DNA of 63,868 bases, filler included, from Octopus bimaculoides (GCF_001194135.2; 4 parts of 4 records of this genome joined end to end with filler, not necessarily neighbours in it); one strand, 5' to 3'. Counted from the first letter of the whole stretch, positions 14,269 to 28,487 are shown. The notes: generated from the sequence alone by a model not told the origin. Program-made: numbers and translations.

Positions 14269-14859
14269 TATTTTTGAATAGACTAAACGCATAAACATGG
14301 CGCTCTAAAACAAGGTATCTGACGATTGCTCGAATTTCAGCTACTTTCACCCGACCTAACAAAAAAATACAGGTAAGATCCGAAATGCAAGAAACTACTT
14401 GTGAAATTAAGTAAACAATAGTCACTGCTGCTATTACCAACAGCGCACACAAAAGAAACAAGTCCAGTACATAACAAAAGATCTATCATAAAAACACACC
14501 CTGTAATCAATATTATCTGATACTGCCACAAATATTTCATTATTGAACTTCCATCGAATTGGTCTTAATATTCTTATTACTTGTGTTACTTCGGACACTT
14601 TGTTGTTGCTACAGCTTCCTATATTATTACTGCTATATCACTGGGAAAACCTTTCAGTTCGTTAAGTTATATTCAGTAAAACTCTATCTTTCTATCTATT
14701 TATCTATCTATCTATCTAGCTCTCTGCCTATCTGTCTGTCTGTCTGTGTGTCTGTTTGTGTATCTTTTTATCTATCTATCTATTTGTCTGTCTGTCAGCG
14801 CATCTATCTATTTATCTATCAATCTATCTATTTGTCTGTTTGTCTGCGTATCTATCTAC

Positions 14860-14921
<62 letters not shown>

Positions 14922-15063
14922 ATATCAATCTATCTATTTGTCTGGCTGTCTGCGTATCTATCTATTTATCTATCTATCTTTCTATCTGTTTGTCTGTCTT
15001 TCTGTCTGTGTATCTATCTATCCATTTTTATCGACCTATCATTTCGCTAGCTATCACTCCGTC

Positions 15064-15131
<68 letters not shown>

Positions 15132-15822
15132 ACTCATTCACTCACTCACTCACTCACTTAGTTTATACTCTCCACACTTATATATTGCTGTATATGCTTA
15201 AGTATGCATATGCATAAGTGGGTGGGTTAAAATAATCCTACGAAACTGAGTGGACCAACTCAACTATGCTGGAAATAAAGTAGTGAATTCTTTAACAATT
15301 GTTCCTGCTCTTACGTTTAGCGCTCCAAATACACAACTCGAAAACTCTTACATCCGTAGTATAGACATGAAATACATGTACGCGGTACTGATTATTTCGA
15401 ATAATATATCCTACATTAAACACCTTGATTGGACTAATTACAGCTTTAGAAAAAGGTTTGACCCCACCAACATACAGTTCCCCTACATTAACCACATAGT
15501 CACTCCCAGGCACACAGAAATGCACTCAAGCACTGACACGTGCATATATATGCACTTTTCAAAGAAAGCACCTATCACTCTTTCGTTCTTAAACATTCTC
15601 CCCCTGTAAAGTTCTCTTTACACAACTTACCTCGTCATTCACTCGTCTCCCCTGCACTTTGGTTTTCTCTCTATCAATATATCAACATAGTATTTATATA
15701 TTTATTTATTGTTTATTTATATATTCATTCAATTTGGTTTTCTCTATATGTGCTTCTATTACACCATCTTTATTTTTATACATCTTCCTCTCTTCCCCAG
15801 GCTGCTTTCATTTATTCACAAC

Positions 15823-15882
<60 letters not shown>

Positions 15883-15936
15883 ATTGATGTATATATATGG
15901 ATGTGTGTATATGTATGTATGTATATATGTATCTAT

Positions 15937-15975
<39 letters not shown>

Positions 15976-16131
15976 CACGTATGCGTTCATAAATATATAT
16001 ATATAGATGTATATTAATAATTATATACATCTACGTACGCGTATACATGTGTATATTGTATAGGCATATTTAAACATATATATGTAATAATACAAATATA
16101 TATACATATACACACATACATATATATATAG

Positions 16132-16219
<88 letters not shown>

Positions 16220-16518
16220 GTATGTATGTATATATGTATGTATGTATGTATCGTCTAATATATTTCTCTCTGCTAAACGCCATTTTTTTAAAAAAACAGA
16301 TGAAGCGTCTTACTATATTATACCTTCGCAATAATTTTAATATATTTTTTCTTCATCTCAAGATTATTTTCTAGCAAAGTAATTACCCATGGGACGGTTT
16401 ACTCTAAATGGGTCTCATAGTGACAGACGGTTCATATTATTAAATTCCTAAATTCCGCACAAAATAACAAACACGTATTCACATATAGACATTCTCAATT
16501 GGAGTTGCACGCAGAGAC

Positions 16519-16590
<72 letters not shown>

Positions 16591-17010
16591 GTCTGTCTGT
16601 CTGTGTGTCTGTGTGTCTGTCTGTGTGTCTGTCTGTCTGTCTGTATGTCTGTTTACCTATCTATAATGGGAGTTCCTTTCTATAATTGGTGTGTATCTCT
16701 ATATGAAAGAAAATGAGTCTACGGATTGGATTGAAAACATGAGTGAACTAATGGAATTTCTTGTTTCAAATCCATTCGCTACTTTCGATATACCTAATAC
16801 GTATACGCGCACACGCATTCATTCGCAAAGACATTTATAAACACATATATACAAGCACATATACATGTATGTATGTATTATGTATGAATGTATGTATGTA
16901 TGCATCTATCTATCTATTTCTCTCTCTCTCACTCTCACACACATTCTCTCTCTCTCTCTCTCTCTCTCCCTNNNNNNNNNNTCTCTCTCTCTCTCTCTCT
17001 CCCTCTCTCT

Positions 17011-17130
17011 CTGTACCAAAGCCTGACATATAGCCCGAAGCTTTCGTAGAAGACACTTGCACAAGGTGCAAAGTAGTGGGGCTGAACCCGGACCCATTTG
17101 GTTGAAAAGCAAAATTCTTATCACGATATA
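17011..17130 (-). mobile_element. SINE family A, 5' (tRNA-like) part
   Basis: GTAGAAGACACTTGCACAAGGTGC..GGGGCTGAACCCGGACCCATTTGGTTG matches 52270-52345. Confidence 0.65.
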
Positions 17131-18034
17131 TATGTCTACTGATTTGAAGGAGACTACGATCGTCTTGAGTCGGGAAAAATATATATTCATTGACAAAGTT
17201 CAAAAATGTTCTTATTTTCCTGTACCATTGGGAGAAGATGCTGGACTAACATAAATGTTCATTCGGTTTTTCTGTAACATAGCGTATAAACAATGAATAA
17301 AACATAAGTATTACTTATATTGTTTTAGTTAGAAAATTTGAGGCTCCCTAGATCACAGATACAGCCCACATTTTTTCCCAGTTGCGTTTGACTCACATAA
17401 CTCACCTCTACTACATAACTAATAGCACACGAATTACCGACTAAAATTTTCAACACGTACTAAATATCCTTAATCATCAGCTGCACACCTGTCAATATCT
17501 GTACCGTACGCACAATCTTTGACGCTGTTTATCTCGGTGAAAGAGGTCGCCATTCAGATAAGCGTTTTTATGGGTAACTTTGCTGCATTCTTCACCACAC
17601 CAGTTCGTAACCTGCATCATATTACAACACACCTTGCCACTCCGTTAATCCCATTTTGATATCTGTCTTTTCCGTCCAACAGGGAACGTCACATTATCGA
17701 AGAAAGCATTTTTCTCATCTCAATCTGTATCACCTATTTTTATCTAAGTCAGTTTCTTAGACACATAAGAAACGCTTTCACCGTTATTTTTATACTCTAT
17801 ATTCTCGAAATTGTCATATTTACATTTGTACGTATAATAGGTATGATCGAGCAAGTGGTTTTAATTTACGTATTTTCCTAACATTCACTTCTGTATTCAC
17901 GCATTATCTATCACATCAAATTTCATACGAATTTTGCTACTGATTTAATGAAATTTATGTAATTGTGTTTGCGTCTTTATACTGTAGATGACAAACAAAT
18001 GGGCACTTACTCGGATTTAACAACTAAATAATCA

Positions 18035-18248
18035 AGGTAGCGACCGCAGAAGAATCATCTCATAGGTCGGAGCTATTTCTTTGAGGCATTTGTTTTGACT
18101 TTCTACGTGGTTAAATTCGCCTTCTATTCTTACGAAGTAGATTAATTAAAGAACCAGACAAGTACTGAGGAAATGGTACCGACTGCCCCCCCTCCCATCA
18201 CCACTCAAAATAGTTGGATTTGTGCCTATATCAGAAACATTTATTATT
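18035..18248 (+). mobile_element. SINE family B, old degenerate copy
   Basis: AAGGTAGCGACC.GCAGAA head and TTGTGCCTATATCAGAAAC-ATT tail resemble the copies at 45601-46032. Confidence 0.5.
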
Positions 18249-18334
18249 TGATGAAAACTCACGGCTTATTTTGCTGGGCATGATAGGTGTCAGCTGTCCA
18301 CAGCCACCAGACTAAGGTGACACTTGTTTACTGG

Positions 18335-18395
<61 letters not shown>

Positions 18396-19704
18396 GGGCA
18401 TCTGCTCGGTTGTCAAATTGAATGGCCGCCTCTCGGAATCTTTCAGTGTAGAACGCTCAATATGCCAAGCAAGCACCACCACTCTCTCCCCGCTCTTATA
18501 TGTTTTAGCTTTAGAACTCTTGCTGCGAAAAGCATGGAGAATTTAGAATTGAAGGAGTGTCTGCTGTTTCTACACACGTGGACTACGGCACTGTCATGGC
18601 ATCAGACAGTTTTGACGTAGAAAAGATCGACACTATAATGGAAGGATATCAGGAATGCACAAGAGCACTCATAAACCAGAACACGTCAGTTGCTCTGCAA
18701 CTAGGCTCTTGGAGAAGCAAGTCGAATAGCAGTGATTTCTGTTGCTGGACGGTGGGTCCGGTGAAAGTGCTCGGAGTCTGGTTCGGGCCAGATGTCCAGG
18801 TAGATAGGTACTGGGAAGAGCTCATGGCTAGAGTGGCCAAGTTCACTCAGAAATAGGCAGAAAGGAAGCTGTTGCTAAAAGGCCGGGCGGAAGTAGCGAA
18901 TGCATATATCGCCACAATAGTGTAATACCGCCTGGCCGTCGTACATTGTCCTAAGAAAAGTTTGATAAGATTGGAGCACCTGCCTTGCCGATTCTTAGGG
19001 AAGATTCAGATTTTGCTGGTCAGAAAATCCATCTGTTGTTAACACCCACGCTATGGTGGTCTTAGGATGCTATACTTAATGATGCTGCGCCACGCTTTGA
19101 GGATGTCTCACCTACAGAAATATCTAAATCACTGCGTTGATGTGGACGACGACGAAAATAAGGGTGAACTGTTGTGGGCGTCTTTTGTGCGACACATCTT
19201 TCTGAAGTTCAACTCATTGACAGGGGTCAAACGTAGACGAAAGTTGAGCGCTTGGCACATAGAATATTGCAAGGCGCTCACTGCATTGTACCTCCTGCCC
19301 AAAACCGTTAGCGGGAAATAACCCAAGATTTCTATAGGGGGGCTAGTTGAGGCTATGAGTGATGATGGCCTAGGATTGAATCTAAGAATTGACGAGAACA
19401 GTCTGAGAAGTCTCTTCCAGAGGACCTTCGGGTCGAAGATCATGCATAATTTCCAAAACTCTTTGGCTTGGCAGTACTACAGAGGAGTATTGCCTGTTCG
19501 AGAAAGTTCTTCAGGCATGGAAGTGCCAACAGCCGAACCTGCCCTAGACGCTTGCAGGGGGACGAAACCGTCTTGCATGCAATGATTCAGTGTCCGTGCA
19601 TTAAAGAGTAGTGGGATTGTGTTGTCGCGAGTCAGACGAATTCAGCTGTGCCGAGGGTATAGATCGACGCACTACCTACTCTTATCAATTCTGCGAGCAC
19701 ATGG

Positions 19705-19706
<2 letters not shown>
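18396..19706 (+). mobile_element. L1-Tx1-clade LINE ORF2 fragment (RT C-terminal half to zf-RVT region), pseudogenised
   Basis: Contains ICSVVKLNGRLSESFSVERSI..LSPLLYVLALE, VSTHVDYGTV (degenerate SAYADD), VKVLGVWFG, KLLLKGRAEVANAYI, LAWQYYRGVLPVRE and ETVLHAMIQCP. Multiple stops and frameshifts. Confidence 0.85.
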
Positions 19707-19707
<1 letters not shown>

Positions 19708-19770
<63 letters not shown>

Positions 19771-19807
19771 CAACAACAACAGCAACAACAATAATAATAA
19801 TAATAAC
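19708..19807. repeat. (TAA)n/(CAA)n tract at the 5' flank of an R4/Dong element
   Basis: Directly visible. Confidence 0.95.
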
Positions 19808-21137
19808 TTCTTGGGGATATTGGAAATGGATAAAATCATGGATAAACAAATAACATAAAAATTTAAGGTGGAGCACTTGCGCAGACTGACACCGATCCTT
19901 AAGTCGAAATTAAACGGACGGAATAAAATTGAAGCTATCAACACCTGGGCGGTTTCAGTCATTAGATATGGAGCAGGGGTAATGGCATGGACAGTAGACG
20001 AACTGAACAGCTTAGACAGAAAGACAACGAAGTTGCTGACTAGATATGGGATACTCCACCCAAAATGTGACACAGACAGACTTATGTTTCAAGGAAAAGA
20101 TGGGGAAAAGACCTGACTGGATGTTAACACAGCATTAGAGCAGCAGAAAATAACATAGCATGGTATGTAAAAAATTCCACAGAACTGCTAATATTGGTAG
20201 TAAGAAGGTCAGGCTTGTGTTGGATGGAAGATTGCAAAGATAAAGCACTGTACAAACACTTGAGATTGAATGAAACTGAAAATAGGTGGATAAAGAAAAG
20301 AATGCATGGACAACTTCATAGGGATGTTGAAGATAAGACAGACAGAGAAAAAAGATGGCTATGGTTAACTAAAAGTGATTTAAAAATGGACACGGAGGCT
20401 CTAATCTGTGTTGCCCTGAGCAAGCATTATGAACCAATTACATCAAATACAGAAGATACAACACATCAGAAAGTGATAAGTGTAGAACTTGTGGACAAAA
20501 TGGTGAAACCGTATGGCATATTACCAGTCAATGTATGTCACTAACCCAAAAGGAATGTAAGAGACGCCATGACAACATAGCATGGATTGTCCATTGGACA
20601 CTTTGCAACAATTTGGACTTGAGGGAGAAAAAATGTAGTACGAACATTAACCTGAAGGCATCATCCAAAATGACAATGCAAAAATCCTATGGGATTTTAT
20701 GATTCAGTGCGACCATGAGATAAAGGATAGGAAACCATACATAGTCTTAATTGAGAAAGAAAGCAAATGATGCTGGACCATAGATATAGCATGTCCAACT
20801 GACAACAAGGTATGTGATAAGGAGGAAAGAAAAGTCGATAGATATGATAAGTTAGCTTGGGAGATTGAGTAGTTTTAGTCGCTGAAAAACATGGTAGTAG
20901 TACCAATAATTGTCGGAACCGTGGAAACAGATGGTAAAAATCTTGAACAGTACAAAATCTTGAGAAAAACAAGTAGGGGCTGCAATAAGATTGGAGAACT
21001 TGCAGAAAACAGCACTACTTGGAACCGCTCGAATACTACGGATGGTGCTCGAAGAATAAGGGGATGTTACCTTAGTCCACTGGTAGTGAACAGCTGACAC
21101 CATATCACATTTTCAGCATTAGAAGCTGTACAAAGTC
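19808..21137 (+). mobile_element. R4/Dong-clade non-LTR retrotransposon, 5'-truncated (post-RT region, CCHC finger, restriction-like endonuclease, 3'UTR)
   Basis: Contains LKSKLNGRNKIEAINTWAVSVIRY, LHPKCDTDRL, MHGQLHRD, LKMDTEALIC, KCRTCGQNGETVWHITSQC, RRHDNIAWIVHW, ILWDFMIQCDHEIKDRKP, IDIACP and KTALLGTARILR. (TAA)n on both sides. Confidence 0.9.
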
Positions 21138-21170
21138 AATAATAATAATAATAATAATAATAATAATTAT

Positions 21171-21203
<33 letters not shown>

Positions 21204-21211
21204 AATAATAA

Positions 21212-21638
21212 GGATAATAGTGCGACCATGAGATAGAGATTAGGAAGCCAGACATAGTCTTAATTAAGAACGAAAACAAACTATGTTGGGTCATAGATAT
21301 AGCATGCCCGGCAGACAACAATGTATGCGATAAGGAAGAAAAAAAGTCGACAGATATGACAGGTTAGCTTGGGAAGTTAAGCAGTTGTAGCCGATGAAAA
21401 AGGTAGCAGTAGTACCAATAATTGTCGGAGCCCTGGGAACAGTGAGCAAAAATCTCGAGAAATACGTGGAACAAATAGGGGCTGCAATAAGGGTGGAGCA
21501 CTTGCAGAAAACAGCACTGCTTGGAATCGCTCGAATACTCCGGAAGGTGCTCGAAAAATAAGAGGTGTTACCTTAGTTCACTGGTAGTGAACAGCTGACA
21601 TTGTAGTACATCTCTAGCTTTAGAAGCTGTGCAAAAGC
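21212..21638 (+). mobile_element. Second R4/Dong copy (same family, endonuclease and 3'UTR only), head-to-tail behind the first
   Basis: KPDIVLIKNENKLCWVIDIACPADNNVCDKEE..VPIIVGALGTVSKNLEKY..QKTALLGIARILRKVLEK*. Its 3'UTR closely matches 21060-21137. Confidence 0.9.
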
Positions 21639-21656
21639 AATGATGATAATAATGAT

Positions 21657-21855
21657 ACCATTCTTAAACAACCCTTATTCAGGGACCGTTTCAGCGATCA
21701 TGCGCGGTACATCTTGATATAAGATCACCAAGTCGCGTACATATGGTCATGATGCATGAGCCTGGTGTACCCTTATCAGTTGGTCACGATGGGTATAATG
21801 AGCTTCGCATATTTTACCCAGGGTCACTTTGATGGCATGCGCTACTCTCTCACTC
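21657..21855 (+). mobile_element. Non-coding family C retroelement, 3' fragment ending CTCTCACTC(AAT)n
   Basis: GGTGTACCCTTATCAG..ATGATGGGTATAATG..GTCACTTTGATGGCATGC is shared with 25040-25491 and 46511-46975. Confidence 0.7.
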
Positions 21856-22338
21856 AATAATAACAAGCAAAATTCTGAAATTCGAAAATATAAAGTCAAA
21901 AGTAACACTGACGTTCTAATGATTGCGCTTATCTCATCCTCATCATCACTATCATCTGGTCATTCAAATTTATATTTGAAGCTGAAACGAGCAAAAGCTC
22001 TCAAATTCTCGTTGGTTGTTTCTCAAATCTGTTCTATACACGATTATATACTTTCTTTCACACACAAACACACACACACATACATGTACGTATGTATGTG
22101 TATATGTATGTAATATGCATCTATGACAATGGCTGTGTTATTTTATAATCAGAAATGTCACTCACACCTTTATTGTTTATTCAAAGAGGCAGCTTATTTA
22201 CGTCAAGATGTTGACATTTATTTTGTCATATCTTTGATTTAACGGTTTCTAATATAGTCTACATTATATTTTCCGTTTGGGAATATTCATACATACACAT
22301 TTTTATACACAAGTATGTGCATGTGTGTGTGTGTGTGC

Positions 22339-22447
<109 letters not shown>

Positions 22448-23190
22448 TGTGTCTGTGTGTGCGCGTGTGTGTGTGTGCTTCTATATATAAGATATGCCAT
22501 TTTTTAACTGTATCGAAATACAATGTTCCCCATCTGCTGATATACAATTACACTAAATGTTCTGATGTTGTCACTTTGGCATTTGCTTTTTCTTTCCTCG
22601 TTGAAATATGCCAAACCTTTTCTTACACAAAACAAACGAGTGCATAAATATAATGCTGTTACATGGGTGGTAGTAACAAAAAATTTACAAACTTACCCAT
22701 ATGTTTCAGGTTTGAACCGTTTAGTTAGAAAAATAAATCAACTCTGCAGTGACTTACCTGAAAAAGAAAAGAAACACTTCAATACTATGGTTATAAAAAT
22801 GTGGAAAATAATATACAGAGTAAATGAAAAGAAGAAATCGGGAGTCACATGATTCCTCATAAACATGCGTAAAAGCAAGAATAAACACGTACATACATAC
22901 ACACACCACCATGCATATAGACACATGTATACACGTACAAACATAAATGCATAAACATTCCCACGCACTAAGCACGCTGTCGTAAATGCAATACTTGTCC
23001 ATACATGAATAACTCTACAACTCCCACTTGTTCGAATTTACAGCAACTCACAAAACTTTGTCTACAATTTTTCAACATCATCCACAGCATCACAGCCTAA
23101 ATCTGCAGTGCTTTTTGTGTCTGTATAACAGGCTGAAGACTTGACGAATACTTGTAAAGTATATATACGTACTATTCTGCTGTGATTACT

Positions 23191-23506
23191 ACGTGGTTTT
23201 GTCATTAGAGTGTTCGGCTGATAATCGTAAGATCGTCAGTTCAATACCCGCCAACGCGTTGTGTCCTTGTGCAAGATACTTTATTTCACGTTGCTCCAGT
23301 TCACTCAGCTGGCAAAAATGAGAAGGACTTTTATTTCAAAAGGCCAGCCTTGTCACACACTGCGTCATGCTGAATCTGCTTGAGAACTGCGTTAAGTGTA
23401 GACGTTTCTGTGGAGTGCTCAGCCACTTGCATATTAATTGCACGTGCAGGCTATTCCGTTGATCGGCTCAACTGGTTCTCTCGTCGTCGTAACTGACGGA
23501 GTGCCA
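23191..23506 (+). mobile_element. tRNA-derived SINE with a CORE-like central box (family D)
   Basis: B-box-like GTTCAATACC, followed by GTTGTGTCCTTG.GCAAGA.ACTTTATTTCACGTTGCTCCAG. A reverse copy lies at about 31780-32015. Confidence 0.65.
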
Positions 23507-24025
23507 CTATTCTACTACGTATGCGTGGCCAATCTTTCACCAGTCACTTACAACACATCAGACGAATCCATTACACATCTATCATTGTCCGGAATCTTCG
23601 CAATCAGTAGATCATAGAATTTGAAAGAACTATAAGGATCATAATAATCTGAAACATAGTTCTGACGAGTTTAAATTAACACCTATTCATTTTCTTCTAC
23701 ACTCCCTTAATACTGCAATACCAAATTTGACGTCTTACATCTTCTCGTCCTAATTTTCGATTCACCACTTAGATCTCTTGGCCTTTTTTTCTTTCTCTCT
23801 TTTGCTCCTCTGTCTATGCTTGTTCCGTATCTCATACAGTGTTTCTGTCTATATCCTATCTATCTATGCACTTGATGTAGTTTCACATTTCCCACCAGTT
23901 GCTTAGCCGATCACTATGATATAAAAGCCGTAAAACATATTTATACATATATACGTATATATATATATATATATATATATACACAAACAGAGAAACCCGG
24001 GGTAGCTCAGAATTAAAATGTATAG

Positions 24026-24150
24026 TTTCAGTCATGTCACAGCAGCCATGCTGGAGCACCGCCTTTAGTCGAACAAATCGACCGCAGGATTTATTCTTTG
24101 TAAGCCCAGTACTTATTCTATCAGTGTCTTTTGCCGAACTGCTATGTTAC
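24026..24150 (-). mobile_element. SINE family A, 3' fragment
   Basis: GCCATGCTGGAGCACCGCCTTTAGTCGAACAAATCGAC..TTATTCTTTGTAAGCC matches 51920-52030. Confidence 0.8.
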
Positions 24151-24189
24151 ATAGTTGTTCAGTAGGATGAATTTACTGCTGCGATTCTT

Positions 24190-24342
24190 TATTTTCTCTC
24201 CTTGTTCCTTTCTGTGTTCCTTTTTGTGGAAGGGCGTAGGCACGAAACGATAAAGAGTTTTTCACTTCCCAAGCGTTAAACTAATACATCTCTCTGCTGT
24301 CTACACCACCTGTCTTCGTCTTGTTTTTTGTGAATTGTCCTC
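24190..24342 (+). mobile_element. Penelope-like terminal-repeat fragment with a decayed hammerhead-like motif
   Basis: GTGGAAGGGCGTAGGCACGAAACG..CAAGCGTTAAACTAATACATC..CCTGTCTTCGTC is homologous to 52620-52756. Confidence 0.5.
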
Positions 24343-24542
24343 CTATATATACATGTATATGCATACATATATATATATAAACATATATATATATAAACAC
24401 ACGCACATATATATATATATATACATACATACATACATACATAAATACGTACATATATATACATATATATATATACACACACAAATACATAAATATATAC
24501 GTACACTCACACACACACACACACACACAAACACATACACAC

Positions 24543-24611
<69 letters not shown>

Positions 24612-24711
24612 NNNNNNNNNNNNNNNNNNNNNNNNNNNNNNNNNNNNNNNNNNNNTTAATTAATTAANNNNNNNNNNNNNNNNNNNNNNNNNNNNNNNNN
24701 NNNNNNNNNNN
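24612..24711. other. Synthetic 100-bp scaffold linker (44 N, TTAATTAATTAA, 44 N)
   Basis: Exact 44+12+44 layout repeated three times in the window. The 12-mer is a six-frame-stop spacer. Confidence 0.9.
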
Positions 24712-25017
24712 AACGGGCTGATTACTACCTAGATCAGATTCCAGGAAACCCCAAAATGGCTGAAGTTCAAAAGATAGTGCTCATGGGAACTGCCCATATC
24801 CTACGTAAAATACTGTCTATGTGATCTCAAATTTTAAAGCAAACACATAATTTTCTTATGGTTTCTTAAACATTCACTTGAACAAAACTGTACAAATCCA
24901 AATATATGGTACCTTAGGCATAACACCTACATGAACTTCTAACTTGTTGTCTCTTGAGGTCTCTGGGTGAGACTTGGATCCAACTTGTACAAATGCAAAA
25001 CAAAAGTCAAACATAAA
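24712..25017 (+). mobile_element. R4/Dong family 2, 3' end with (TAA)n tail
   Basis: YLDQIPGNPKMAEVQKIVLMGTAHILRKILSM*. The 3'UTR is homologous to the reverse complement of 43789-44060. Confidence 0.85.
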
Positions 25018-25039
25018 ATAATAATAATAATAATAATAT

Positions 25040-25491
25040 ATGCCCTGGTGCAGTACCAGGTAGTGGCTCTCATGGCTTTTTATCTTAACTGATCGGAAGT
25101 GCTATCATGTACATGTCCCTTGGTGACTGAAAATATGTGGCTTTCTGATCACGAGCAGAAGTAGTAGGGGAGCATCATAGCCATGTGTTGAGAGGAATTA
25201 TTTGGTGTTTGGATAATTCACATTTGGAAAAATATGGGTGTTTCGTTCAACATCCTTAAACAAACCTTATTCATGGACCTTTTGAGCAGAATGGGATACT
25301 CGACTGGAAGAAAATTCTAACTGGGCCCCACCTGTGAGGTCATGCGTTGTTTATCTTGATATGAGATCACCATGTTACGCACATATGGTTGTGATGCATG
25401 TGACTGGTGTACCCTTATCAGACGGGTAGTCATGATGGGTATAATGGGCTTCGTATATTTTACCCCAGTGTCACTTTGATGGCATGCACTC
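25040..25491 (+). mobile_element. Non-coding family C retroelement with (AAT)n tail
   Basis: About 450 bp collinear with the reverse complement of 46511-46975. It starts directly after the TAA tail of the preceding Dong copy. Confidence 0.75.
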
Positions 25492-25975
25492 AATAATAAT
25501 AATAATAATAATAATAATAGTAATAGTAATAATAATACTAATTTTTTGCATCACGTCTATGAGGAGGACAATCATAATAATCGTCGTCATCATTCCCTAC
25601 CATCATTATCATCATGATCCCCTTTCTCCTCCTCTTCTTCTTTCTCCTCCCCTCCTCCTCCTCCTCCTCCTCCTCCTCCTCATCATCATCATCATTATCA
25701 TCATTATCATCATAATCCTCTTTCTCCTCCTCTCCTTCTTCCACCTCTTCTTCTTTCTCCTCCTCTCCTCCTCCTCTCCTCCTCCTCCTCATCATCAACG
25801 ACCATCTTCATAATGATGATCATCATCGTCAGCAGCAGCAGCAGCAGCAGCAGCATCATGAACATCATCATGATCCCCATGATTCTCATGATCATCATCA
25901 TCATCATCATCGTCACCATTGAAGTTAGCATCATCTTCAACACATTTGCCCCCTTTGCCACCACCACCACCACTA
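25492..25975. repeat. Compound trinucleotide low-complexity tract (AAT, CAT, CCT, CAG, CAC)
   Basis: Directly visible. It explains the poly-E/D/H/L ORFs in the track. Confidence 0.9.
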
Positions 25976-26590
25976 CTTTGCCTCACCTTTAGTATATGTG
26001 TTTTTTTCTTTCATGCTTCCCACCCCCGGCCCCCCAACATCCACCCACACATCCATCTTACGGTAAAGGACCGTCTATCTCCGTTCTAGTGTTTTGTTAT
26101 CCATTCTCAGCAGCAGTCGTCACGAAGTTTGAAGAACCACATTGGGTAGGTTGTTGTTGTTGTTGTTTTTGTACAACAAACATGGCGTAGATTGGAGGGA
26201 GTTTCAAGGAAGAGATGAACGCAGATAGAAAGAGAGAAGAGAAAGGAGGAGAAAGACAGAGTTACAAAGAGAGAGAGAGACAGAGAGACAGAGACAGAGA
26301 GAGAGGTGGGGGATATCGGCGCTCAGCCTGTGTCCTGCCGTTGGTTGTCTTTCTTCCCAGATACATAACGACGATTTCTTGATATTTATCAACACACGAC
26401 CTCCTTTGCGAAAATCCATTTATTCTAGTCGATAGCATCAATACTATTTAATACCAGCCAAGGAATCTTCTGCTTTAAATCGTTCCCCCACCTCAACCAA
26501 ACACCGGTTCATACATGAAGTATACCATAATCCGAACACGAGCCGAGGAGAGGCGGTGGGGAAGGGTGAGGAGTGGGTGGGGGTGGGGCT

Positions 26591-26835
26591 CAGGAAGAAG
26601 AAGAAGAAGAAGAAGAAGAAGAAGAAGAAGAAGAAGAAGAGGGAAGGGGATGGGGGAAATTGGAAAAACGAGGGAGACGAAGGTGGAGACGGCGAAAGAG
26701 AGAAAAGAAGTAGACGAGGGTGGGGAGAAAGAAGGAAAGAAAGAAAGGAAAACGAAAGAAAGAAAGGAAGAAAGGAAGAAGGAAAGAAAGAAAGAAAGAA
26801 AGAAGGAAAGACAGAAAGAAAAAAAGAAGACAAGC
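26591..26835. repeat. (GAA)n and (GAAA)n polypurine tract
   Basis: Directly visible. Confidence 0.9.
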
Positions 26836-27030
26836 AAGGAAATATCCGTAGATTGATTTTGCTCACAAACCGCAGGGATATAGCTTGATTGAACATTTAT
26901 CGAATCTACTTATGAATGTAGACACACACACACACACACACACACACACTTACACGTACTCATATATACACGTAAACACACATGAAAACAGACAGACACA
27001 CACATATATACACGTACTCATACATACACG

Positions 27031-27068
<38 letters not shown>

Positions 27069-27664
27069 CAGTATATATATATTTATATACACGCATTCAT
27101 ACACACATATGGCTTCATAAATTCATTCGCATATTTATTCACATACATAATTATGTACAGATTTACTTATCTCTCTCTTCTCTTTGTGCAAGTATGCGTG
27201 CGAATGTATGTACGTACGCATGACTGCATGTATATATGTATGTATACATGAGTATATATATGTATATATATATATATNNNNNNNNNNNNNNNNNNNNNNN
27301 NNNNNNNNNNNNNNNNNNNNNNNNNNNNNNNNNNNNNNNNNNNNNNNNNNNNNNNNNNNNNNNNNNNNNNNNNNNNNNNNNNNNNNNNNNNNNNNNNNNN
27401 NNNNNNNNNNNNNNNNNNNNNNNNNNNNNNNNNNNNNNNNNNNNNNNNNNNNNNNNNNNNNNNNNNNNNNNNNNNNNNNNNNNNNNNNNNNNNNNNNNNN
27501 NNNNNNNNNNNNNNNNNNNNNNNNNNNNNNNNNNNNNNNNNNNNNNNNNNNNNNNNNNNNNNNNNNNNNNNNNNNNNNNNNNNNNNNNNNNNNNNNNNNN
27601 NNNNNNNNNNNNNNNNNNNNNNNNNNNNNNNNNNNNNNNNNNNNNNNNNNNNNNNNTATATCCG

Positions 27665-27728
27665 ATTATTATTATTATCATTATTATTATCATTATTATT
27701 ATTATTGTTATTGTTATTGTTGTTATTA

Positions 27729-27759
<31 letters not shown>

Positions 27760-27824
27760 CATCATTATTATTATTATTATTATTATTGTTATCATAATTA
27801 TTATTATTATTATTATTATTGTTA

Positions 27825-27859
<35 letters not shown>

Positions 27860-27866
27860 GTTGTTA

Positions 27867-27912
<46 letters not shown>

Positions 27913-27917
27913 CATCA

Positions 27918-27973
<56 letters not shown>

Positions 27974-27985
27974 GTTATCATTATT
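27665..27985. repeat. Long interrupted (TTA)n microsatellite of about 320 bp
   Basis: Directly visible. Confidence 0.95.
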
Positions 27986-28050
27986 AATCACGTAATGGAA
28001 ATAACGTCACTGTATCACTTTACCCATCTATTACGACAGCGTATGTCACA

Positions 28051-28085
<35 letters not shown>

Positions 28086-28442
28086 TATATATACATATAC
28101 ATATATATATATATATATGTATGTATACATGCATATAATATATATGTATGTGTGTGTGCGTGTGTATTTGTACATGTATATGCACACGTATATATATAGA
28201 TATATGCATATGCATACATACATAAATATATACATGCATACATATATAGGCAGACAGTTACGCAGACAGGCGGACAGACAGACGGACATATTAGGAGTTT
28301 TAGTTGTCATGGTTGCGTTGAACTCGTTATATTTCGTGACTGGTGCGATGTTAGAGTACATGTGTTTTACATACATACATACATACATACATACAAACTT
28401 GCATTTATGTTTCTGTATATGTTGCGTGTGCGTGTATGTGTG

Positions 28443-28487
<45 letters not shown>

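Noticed and set aside
14201-14620. Overlapping hydrophobic minus-strand ORFs of 60-86 aa
   Set aside because: T-rich composition explains the hydrophobicity; there is no coherent splice structure or homology.
15250-15609. 119-aa ORF in unique DNA
   Set aside because: No recognisable domain, a TTG/GTG-type start and no donor site. About one ORF of this length is expected by chance over six frames of this much AT-rich sequence (rough estimate).
23191-23270. tRNA-like A/B boxes here and at other SINE heads, as tRNA genes
   Set aside because: They continue into SINE bodies and do not fold into complete cloverleaves.
24656-24667. TTAATTAATTAA as a homeodomain site or piggyBac TTAA target
   Set aside because: It is embedded symmetrically in Ns three times, so it is an assembly spacer.
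25538-25986. Acidic, poly-Q and poly-H ORFs as a low-complexity protein exon
   Set aside because: A patchwork of trinucleotide repeats growing out of a retroelement tail, with stops or frame changes between blocks.
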